28,834 bases of DNA, taken from Nitrospiraceae bacterium. GTDB taxonomy: Bacteria > Nitrospirota > UBA9217. The notes beneath the pieces were generated by a model. That model saw only the letters and a list, made by a program, of their open reading frames with translations. It made no database searches and had not been told where the DNA came from. Shown here in pieces: positions 1-7,308 of the stretch (positions are counted from its first letter, which is position 1; each line of letters starts with the position of its first letter). The position numbers and the translations under genes are program-made. Where the stretch lies: NCBI GenBank assembly GCA_003454665.1, contig DMKB01000245.1, forward strand, positions 2,779-31,612, written 5' to 3'.

Positions 1-2600
1 AATCCATAGTCTGTATATTCCGCCATGATCGGGTCATTCGAGTAGCCGCTTGAGACAATGGCCTTCACGTCCGGATCAAATGCAGCTAATTTCAGGACCG
101 CCTCCTTGCCGCCCATTCCTCCCGGGATCGTGAGGTCCATGATGACCGCGCTGAAGGGCGATCCGGATTCCTTATTTTTCCGATAGACGTCGATAGCTTC
201 TGAACCGTTCTTCGCGAACGCCACGTCATAGCCGAGTTCATTCAACATCGTTCCGGCCACGTTCCGGACAATCTCCTCATCGTCTACGACGAGGATATTT
301 CCGCTGCCCCGAATGGGGCGTTCATCCTCTTCCTTTTCAGCCGGTACCATCTTTTCTGAAGCCCGCAGATACATATAAAATGCCGTACCTGCGCCTAATT
401 TCGATTCTGCCGATATATGTCCGCCATGACGTTTGACGATGGAATATGAGGTCGCCAGACCGAGACCGCTCCCTTTTTGCTTTGTCGTGAAATAGGGGTC
501 GAATATTTTCTGCAGATGATCCTGCGGGATGCCGATACCCTGATCGCGAACCGTTACTCTGGTATAGTTGCCTTTGGCGAGGGGCAACACATCGCCGGAA
601 CCGACAGAAACATTTTCAGCGGTGATCCTGATCGTTCCCCCCTCAGGCATGGCGTCCGCAGCATTGATGATGAGATTGTTGATTACCTGGCTCATCTGTC
701 CTTCATCTACGTCAACGGCCCAGAGGTTCTCGGGAATGGTATACTCACAGGTGACGGAAGAGCCGCGAAGCACGAAGCCGCCGCACTCCCGCAGCAATTC
801 GCCGAGGAAAACCACTTTTTTGACGGGCGCGCCGCCTTTTGCAAAGGTGAGAAGCTGCTGGGTCAGATCTTTTGTCCTGAGCGATGCTTTTTCGGCTTCG
901 TTGAGCATCCGGTACAGGCTGTTGTCAGGCGTGAAATGGGTTTTAACCACGCTGATATTCCCCAGCACGGCAGTAAGGAGATTGTTGAAGTCATGGGCAA
1001 GTCCCCCGGCAAGGGCGCCGAGTGATTCGAGCTTTTGGACTCGTAAGAGCTCTGCTTCAAATTGTTTCTGCTCCATGATGTTCCGGCTGACCGTTGCAAG
1101 CGCTTCAGGCTCGCCGCTCGCCGCGTCCTTTATAAGAAAACCGTTAAAGAGCACGGGAATTTCTTTGCCTGTGGTAACATGCCGGAAGCGGAGTTCGCCT
1201 GACCAGGTGCCGTGTTGTTTCATTGTCGGCAGCACATGGTCACGAAAATACGGCAGGTCATCGGGCGAGAGATAATCCAGCACCGACGTTTGTGTCACGT
1301 CATCAACACCGGCAAGTTCCTTGCCCGCTGTATTGACATACAGAACTGCTCCGTCCAGGGAGGCAATGCCGATAAAATCACTGCTGTTTTCCACGAGCAG
1401 TACTAACTTCCGTCGCTCCTCCTCGGCGCGCTTTCGTTCATCAATCTCGTGTTCCAGTCCTGTTTTCGCCCGTAATAACTCATCGGCATGCTGCCGCGCT
1501 TTCTCCATACGCAAGTGGAATTGCAATATATAGCCGGAGAGGAGTCCGGTGACCAGGAGCCCGGCCGCGAGGATCGCCCATGGCTGCCAGCTCATGCCTG
1601 CTATACCGTGTTTTGGTGAAGGAGCGCATAGTATCTTCCATGTTCGTCCTGCCACGGCAAAAGTCTCCGCGTAGTGCATGCCTGCCGTGAGGTCGGCCTC
1701 GACCGAATGCGGCGTTGCCGTTGCCGCGCGGAGGCGCGATGGGTGAACATACAGAAGACGCCTGCCTTCAGTAGCAGACTCATCGGTCAGAACAATATCG
1801 ATTCCCCGTGGTTGCAGACGGGATATGCTCTTTTCAACCAAATCACCGATCCGGTAGACCCCCAGAACGAACCCTCTCAGGTGCCTGCGCCGGGCTTCAA
1901 CGGAATCCGTGGCCATGCCCTGTCGATAAACCGGTTCAAAGATGAGAACGCCGAATTGCTCCTCTTTTTCCTGTACCAGCCTGATTCGCGCGGTGGCGGT
2001 CTTTAATCCGCTGTCCCGGGATTGTTCAAGTGCCGCGAGGCGCGAGGAGTTCGAGGCGACGTCAAAGCCGAGGGCGTTTTCGTTTCCCTCATAGGGTTCG
2101 ACAAAATAGACGGGATAGTATTCGTCACGGCGGCCGGCCGTCACCATCACACCCTGTTCTTTTCTCTCCGTTATCAGGAAATCGGGATATCCCTCGCTGC
2201 GTGCAGCTGATACGTATGCCGCACGCTTTGTGTGCGGTACGCGGGGTATCCACTCGAGGGCCTGAATTCCTTCAGAGTGCCACAGCAAATACTTTGTGAA
2301 AGTGTGGAACTCGAACCGCTCGACATCGCGGGACGCCGCGTAAAAGGAGGCAATTGCATCGAGTTCGTGCAGGGTATTTTCGAAGGTATTCTTGATGGCG
2401 GAAATACGGTTTTCCGATCCTCGTTCAAAGTCTCCGACGGTCTTTCTTTCTTCCCATCCCCCGGCGGCAATGAACAGAAGGACGGACAGGGTAATGCCCA
2501 TGCACGATACGAGCATCACCATGTACCGCTTCCGTATGAATCCAAATGCCCGGCGCAGCCCACGCTGCAGATTTTGATGCGCAGATTTCTTGATCACCAT
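1..2600 (-). CDS. Membrane hybrid sensor histidine kinase (TM-CHASE-TM-PAS-HisKA-HATPase-REC); 3' end truncated by the window edge
   Basis: Manual translation from ATG at 2600 (AGGTGA RBS-like sequence upstream); the start, middle and end all fall in the same frame. It shows an N-terminal TM, CHASE-type motifs (GIQALEWIPRV, EYYPVYFVEPYEGNENALGFDV), a second TM (WQPWAILAAGLLVTGLL), a PAS domain, H-box LAHDFNNLL, KIFDPYFTTKQKGSGLGL and REC motifs ILVVDDE / MDLTIPGGMGGKEA / IVSSGYSNDP. It is absent from the ORF track because it has no stop codon in the window. Confidence 0.92.
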   Translation of the reverse strand, partial: MVIKKSAHQNLQRGLRRAFGFIRKRYMVMLVSCMGITLSVLLFIAAGGWEERKTVGDFERGSENRISAIKNTFENTLHELDAIASFYAASRDVERFEFHTFTKYLLWHSEGIQALEWIPRVPHTKRAAYVSAARSEGYPDFLITERKEQGVMVTAGRRDEYYPVYFVEPYEGNENALGFDVASNSSRLAALEQSRDSGLKTATARIRLVQEKEEQFGVLIFEPVYRQGMATDSVEARRRHLRGFVLGVYRIGDLVEKSISRLQPRGIDIVLTDESATEGRRLLYVHPSRLRAATATPHSVEADLTAGMHYAETFAVAGRTWKILCAPSPKHGIAGMSWQPWAILAAGLLVTGLLSGYILQFHLRMEKARQHADELLRAKTGLEHEIDERKRAEEERRKLVLLVENSSDFIGIASLDGAVLYVNTAGKELAGVDDVTQTSVLDYLSPDDLPYFRDHVLPTMKQHGTWSGELRFRHVTTGKEIPVLFNGFLIKDAASGEPEALATVSRNIMEQKQFEAELLRVQKLESLGALAGGLAHDFNNLLTAVLGNISVVKTHFTPDNSLYRMLNEAEKASLRTKDLTQQLLTFAKGGAPVKKVVFLGELLRECGGFVLRGSSVTCEYTIPENLWAVDVDEGQMSQVINNLIINAADAMPEGGTIRITAENVSVGSGDVLPLAKGNYTRVTVRDQGIGIPQDHLQKIFDPYFTTKQKGSGLGLATSYSIVKRHGGHISAESKLGAGTAFYMYLRASEKMVPAEKEEDERPIRGSGNILVVDDEEIVRNVAGTMLNELGYDVAFAKNGSEAIDVYRKNKESGSPFSAVIMDLTIPGGMGGKEAVLKLAAFDPDVKAIVSSGYSNDPIMAEYTDYG

Positions 2601-2670
2601 GGTCACCTGTGCTGCGATCCTGTGTCGTCTCGCCTGTTTTCCCGCATCAGCATTCCGGTACGGCGTGACT

Positions 2671-5600
2671 TCAGCGGGGGAGAATTTTTTTGAACTTCCC
2701 CACCACTCTGCTGAAATCCGACACGATTTCGTCTGCCAGCATGCTTCCCGTGTAGGTGTAATGCAATTCTATCACGGATTTCACGGTTGTACGGTCTTTC
2801 TCGGTCAGGCCGCGGCTCGCGACGTACGAGGTGTTGATCTTTTTCTCGATCGAGCCATCCCTGTCGAGGACATAAATAACGCCGCCCGTCATGCCGGCGC
2901 CTACATTGTAGCCGACGTCGCCGAGCACCACGACCGTCCCGCCGGTCATGTATTCGCACAGATGCAGGCCCGTGCCTTCGACGACGGCTGTCGCGCCGCT
3001 GTTTCTGACAGCAAAGCGTTCGCCTGCCATGCCTGCGGCGTAGAACTCGCCGCCGGTGGCGCCATAGAGCACCGTATTGCCGACGATCACGTGTTTGTGC
3101 GGCTCTGCAAGGTCCGCGTGGACGATCGCGAGCCTGCCGCCGAACATGCCTTTGCCCACGTAGTCGTTGGCGTCTCCGATAAGGGTAAGAGAAACCCCGC
3201 AATGGTTGAAGGCGCCGAAGCTCTGGCCTGCCGTGCCGCCGAAGGTGAGGCGGATGGTGTCGGGCGGAAGCCCTGTGTCTCGATATTTCCGGGCAATGGC
3301 GTAGTTGATTTTAGCCGGTATGCTTCGGTCAATGTTCCGGATAACATAATTCCGCTCCACCGGCTTGGCAGCGTCGATAGCGGGCAGAATATCCTCGAGA
3401 ATACGGTCGTTCATGGAGGGTGCGGGGTTGTCGTTCCGTGTGCAGGCGCACATGCGTGGGCCCGCGCCGGCGTTGTCAAGGAGCGGCCCGACCTGGATGC
3501 TCCCTGTGCCCTGCTGGGTGACGGCAGGCGACGTGACCAGGAGGTTGCTCCGTCCGATGATCTCGTCCAGGCCCGTTACCCCCATTTCCGAGAGGATTTC
3601 GCGCACTTCCCGGGCAACGGCCCGGAAATAGGTGGTGATGGAATTCACCGTTCCCCGGAACTTCTTTCTGAGTCTTTCGTCCTGCGTCGCGATGCCCGTG
3701 GGGCACAGATTTGAATGGCACTGCCTGGCCATGACGCACCCCGCGGCGATCATGGTGGCGGTGCCGAACCCGAACTCCTCGGCGCCGAGGAGCGCTGCGA
3801 TCACCACGTCCCTTCCCGTGCGCAACCCCCCGTCCACGCGGAGCCGGATCTTTTCCCTCAGCCCGTTGTTCATCAGCACCCGCTGGGTTTCTGCCAGCCC
3901 GATCTCCCAATAGCTTCCCACATTCTTGATGGAGCTGATCGTGGCGGCGCCGGTGCCGCCCTCACAGCCGCTTATCTGCACGATGTCGGCGTAGGCCTTC
4001 GCCGCACCCGCGGCCACCGTGCCGACGCCGGTCTCGGACACGAGCTTGACGCAGACATGGGCATTGGGGTTCGCCTGCTTCAGGTCGTGAATGAGCTGGG
4101 CGAGGTCTTCGATCGAGTAGATGTCGTGGTGCGGAGGAGGGGAGATCAGTATGCGATGGGGCGTACAATGCCTGAGCGAAGCCACGTACTCCGTGACCTT
4201 GATCGCCGGAAGGTGGCCGCCTTCGCCGGGTTTCGCGCCCTGGGCGATTTTGATCTCCAGGTCAGTTGCCGAGGCAATATACGTCGGCGTAACGCCGAAT
4301 CTTCCGGAAGCGATCTGTTTCATGGCGCTGTTTTTCATGCCGAAGTACCTGGCCGGATCTTCGCCCCCTTCGCCGCTGTTGCTCTTTATGCCGAGGCGGT
4401 TGCACGCCTCGGCAATGGTTTCATGGGCCTCAGGAGAGAGGGAGCCCAGTGACATGGCGCCGGTCACGAACCGTCTGAGGATTGCTTCTTCAGGCTCCAC
4501 GTTCTCGACGGGGACAGGCGTCCCCGTTGCATAGCCGAGAAGGTCGCGGAGAGACGCGGGACGGGCCTGTGCTGCCTTGGAGAAGTCTGCATATGCTGCA
4601 GCGTCTCCGCTTCTCATGAATTTGTTCAGGCCCACGACTGTTGGCGCCGACCACGCGTGATGTTCGCCGTCTCTTCTGAATTTCATATCGCCGCCCTCGT
4701 CCAGGGCCGGTTCCGGCGTCCCGTAGGCCAGGTCGTGTCTCTGTACCAGTGATTGCTCGATTGCATTCAGGCCGTGGGCCTCGATGGTGACGGGCGTGTT
4801 CGTGAAGAAAGCTTCGACAAAATCCCGGTTCAGGCACAGGGTATCAAAGAGCTGCGCAGCATGATAGGAGTTGATCGTGGAGATTCCCAGGCGGGCAATA
4901 ACTTTTAAGAGTCCGCTCTCTGTTGCCTGCAGGTAGTGTTGGGCCGCCCTGTCGAATGACAGCGGTATCTGCCCGCTGTCGCATAGATCCTTGATCGTTT
5001 GAAACACGAGATAGGGATGGACTGCCGAGGCCCCGAATCCGACGAGACAGGCAATGTGGTGAACGTCACGCGCTTCACCGGTCTCGACGATGATGCTCGC
5101 CCGGTGCGTCAGGTTTTCGCGGGCCAGAGCCTTGTACGCAGCCGAGAGTGCGAGAAGGGAAGGGACGGCGAGTCGTTCTTTCGCGATGTCTCCATCGGTG
5201 AGGATAATAATTTCCCTTCCGCTCTGTACCGCGTCAATCACGGTTTTCTGGAGTTCAGCAACGGCACGGGAGAGGTCTGCCCCCTCTTTGGGATAGGTTG
5301 TCGAGATTCTGCCGGCGGGAAATTGCTTCTGCGACTCGATCTCCCGGAGTAGAGGTCCTCCAAGCACGGGAGAATCAATCCCGAAGCGGCGCGCATGGTC
5401 GGGCGATGGCTGGAGGAGATTTCGCTTCGGCCCCATGTTGATCCGGAGGGACATGACCATCTTTTCACGGATCGGGTCGATGGGAGGGTTCGTCACCTGG
5501 GAGAAGCGCTGCTTGAAATACCGGAACAGGAGCTGTGGTCGCTCACAAAGCGGCGGGAGCGGGGTGTCGTCGCCCATGGACCAGACCGGCTGCTTGCCGT

Positions 5601-6984
5601 TCTCTGCCATGGGCCGAAGCGAGAGCCTGATTTCTTCCGCCGTGTAGCCAAAGGCGATCTGCTTTCTCGTGATGTCCCCGCTGGTTTCGGGTGAGGACAT
5701 CGTCCTGTCCTGAAGTCGTAGGAGAAACTTCTCGATCCAGTCCGCGTAGGGATTCTCAGCGGCAAGCGTTCGGACAATTTCATCGGTGAAGCGCACGGTA
5801 CCGGTGGCGAGGTCCACGGCAATGGTCTCGCCGGGGCCGAGCCTGCCTTTTTCCCTTATCCTGCTCTTCCCGAGATCGACCATGCCCATCTCCGATCCCA
5901 GAACGAGGAGGCCCTCTTCCGTGATCGCGTACCGGAGCGGCCTGAGGCCGTTCCGGTCCATGTGAGCGCCGACGGTATTGCCGTCGGTAAAGGCCACGGC
6001 GGCCGGGCCGTCCCAGGGTTTCATGAGCAGGGAATGGTACTCAAAGAAGCCCCGCTCTTTTGCGTCGTGCGGCCCGTTTTCCCAGGCAGGGGGAATGCAC
6101 ATGATCACGGCGTGCTCAGGAGAAAAACCTGACAGTACGAGGAGCTCTACGACTTTGTCGAGGGATGCAGAGTCGCTCTCATCAGGAGACAGGAGCGGGA
6201 CCAGGTGGTCCATCCCGTCCCCGAAAATCTCGTGGCGCATCATCTGCTCGAGGGTCGACATCCAGTTGCGGTTCCCCTGGAGGGTGTTGATCTCTCCGTT
6301 GTGTGCCAGGACCCGGAAGGGCTGGGCAAGCCGCCAGTCCGGTGACGTATTCGTCGAGAAACGCTGATGGAACAGGCAAAAGGCCGATGCAAGATCGCCG
6401 TCGTTCAGGTCAGGGTAGAACTCCGCGAGGTGAGTGGCGACGAGCATGCCCTTGTACACCGTTACCCGGGAGGAGAGGGAAGGCAGGTAAATATCTTCGC
6501 CGAATTCTTTTTCGAGGGCCCGTCGTGCTAAATAAAGCCTCACTTCTCTCGATTCGAGAGCAATCCGGCCGGCGTCCAGGAAAAGCTGACGGATGCGCGG
6601 CTTCGCAGCGAGGGCTGTTTTTCCCGCGGCATCATCATTCGTCGGAACATCCCTCCAGCCGAGGGGAATGAGGCCCTGTTGCTTAATCCGGCTCTCAATT
6701 GCTCCTTCCATGCCCTCCCGGTAGAGAAAGAATACCCCGGCAGCGAGGGCGTTCTCGTCTGCAGGCAGGTGACCGACCTTCTTCAGTTCTTTCAGGAAAA
6801 ATTGCTTCGGAAGCTGGATCAGGATGCCGGCGCCGTCCCCGGTCTTGCCGTCCGCTCCCACGGCGCCCCGGTGGGTGAGGTTTTTGACGGCCTCAACGCC
6901 CTGAGCGACTATTTCATGGCTCGCGACTCCATGGATGTTGCAGATAAAACCGACACCGCATGATCCTGACACGCTGCTGTGCAT
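2671..6984 (-). CDS. gltB: Glutamate synthase large subunit
   Basis: 1437 aa; Ntn nucleophile motif SCGVG near the N-terminus, HQRFSTNT, HNGEINT, DGPAA, SNSGEGGED, QGAKPGEGG, SPPPHHDIYSIEDL, [3Fe-4S] ligands GCVMARQCHSNLCPTG and C-terminal GXGXG repeats (AGERFAVRNSGA). Confidence 0.98.
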   Translation of the reverse strand: MHSSVSGSCGVGFICNIHGVASHEIVAQGVEAVKNLTHRGAVGADGKTGDGAGILIQLPKQFFLKELKKVGHLPADENALAAGVFFLYREGMEGAIESRIKQQGLIPLGWRDVPTNDDAAGKTALAAKPRIRQLFLDAGRIALESREVRLYLARRALEKEFGEDIYLPSLSSRVTVYKGMLVATHLAEFYPDLNDGDLASAFCLFHQRFSTNTSPDWRLAQPFRVLAHNGEINTLQGNRNWMSTLEQMMRHEIFGDGMDHLVPLLSPDESDSASLDKVVELLVLSGFSPEHAVIMCIPPAWENGPHDAKERGFFEYHSLLMKPWDGPAAVAFTDGNTVGAHMDRNGLRPLRYAITEEGLLVLGSEMGMVDLGKSRIREKGRLGPGETIAVDLATGTVRFTDEIVRTLAAENPYADWIEKFLLRLQDRTMSSPETSGDITRKQIAFGYTAEEIRLSLRPMAENGKQPVWSMGDDTPLPPLCERPQLLFRYFKQRFSQVTNPPIDPIREKMVMSLRINMGPKRNLLQPSPDHARRFGIDSPVLGGPLLREIESQKQFPAGRISTTYPKEGADLSRAVAELQKTVIDAVQSGREIIILTDGDIAKERLAVPSLLALSAAYKALARENLTHRASIIVETGEARDVHHIACLVGFGASAVHPYLVFQTIKDLCDSGQIPLSFDRAAQHYLQATESGLLKVIARLGISTINSYHAAQLFDTLCLNRDFVEAFFTNTPVTIEAHGLNAIEQSLVQRHDLAYGTPEPALDEGGDMKFRRDGEHHAWSAPTVVGLNKFMRSGDAAAYADFSKAAQARPASLRDLLGYATGTPVPVENVEPEEAILRRFVTGAMSLGSLSPEAHETIAEACNRLGIKSNSGEGGEDPARYFGMKNSAMKQIASGRFGVTPTYIASATDLEIKIAQGAKPGEGGHLPAIKVTEYVASLRHCTPHRILISPPPHHDIYSIEDLAQLIHDLKQANPNAHVCVKLVSETGVGTVAAGAAKAYADIVQISGCEGGTGAATISSIKNVGSYWEIGLAETQRVLMNNGLREKIRLRVDGGLRTGRDVVIAALLGAEEFGFGTATMIAAGCVMARQCHSNLCPTGIATQDERLRKKFRGTVNSITTYFRAVAREVREILSEMGVTGLDEIIGRSNLLVTSPAVTQQGTGSIQVGPLLDNAGAGPRMCACTRNDNPAPSMNDRILEDILPAIDAAKPVERNYVIRNIDRSIPAKINYAIARKYRDTGLPPDTIRLTFGGTAGQSFGAFNHCGVSLTLIGDANDYVGKGMFGGRLAIVHADLAEPHKHVIVGNTVLYGATGGEFYAAGMAGERFAVRNSGATAVVEGTGLHLCEYMTGGTVVVLGDVGYNVGAGMTGGVIYVLDRDGSIEKKINTSYVASRGLTEKDRTTVKSVIELHYTYTGSMLADEIVSDFSRVVGKFKKILPR

Positions 6985-7074
6985 TATTATATTTGACCTT
7001 TTCGTATTTTACTTGAAACAATGTTATTGCCATGCCTGGACAGGCAACAACGCGCCCCCGAAGAAAAGCCTTTT

Positions 7075-7225
7075 TCGCGCAGAGACGCAAAGAAAGGATA
7101 AAGCGTATAAGAACGTTTTGGCCGTAAAGCCAAAGATAAGCAAAAACCTGGTCTCTGAGCTGCTCATCAAATCCTTCGGACTGTCCGGAGCCTCTGTCGT
7201 TGTTGTTCTTTGCGGCTTTGCGCGA
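7075..7225. repeat. 20-bp imperfect inverted repeat enclosing a 111-bp spacer (REP/MITE-like palindromic element)
   Basis: 7075-7094 tcgcgcagagacgcaaagaa versus the reverse complement of 7206-7225 tcgcgcaaagccgcaaagaa: 18/20 identical. Confidence 0.8.
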
Positions 7226-7308
7226 GACAGGCATTTGCAGTTGCTTTTTACTTTACTATCGCTCAAGCTTTTTCCCGGATCAGGGCACGAGAGGGGAGAC
7301 GCGACAGA

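Noticed and set aside
1-2600. Possible frameshift or pseudogene, because the ORF track shows only short ORFs here
   Set aside because: Manual translation of the minus strand puts the ATG at 2600, the mid-gene TM and the REC domain in one frame; the track omits it only because the stop lies outside the window.
2590-3714. 374-aa plus-strand ORF (and 3715..4452)
   Set aside because: Antisense shadows of gltB in GC-rich DNA, with no recognisable motifs.
2671-6984. Calling gltB a cyanobacterial/plant-type Fd-GOGAT because gltD is absent
   Set aside because: The insertion after GEGGEDPxR that characterises Fd-GOGAT is missing.
6986-6991. TATAAT immediately before the gltB ATG
   Set aside because: Only 1 nt from the start codon, too close to act as a -10, and with no matching -35.
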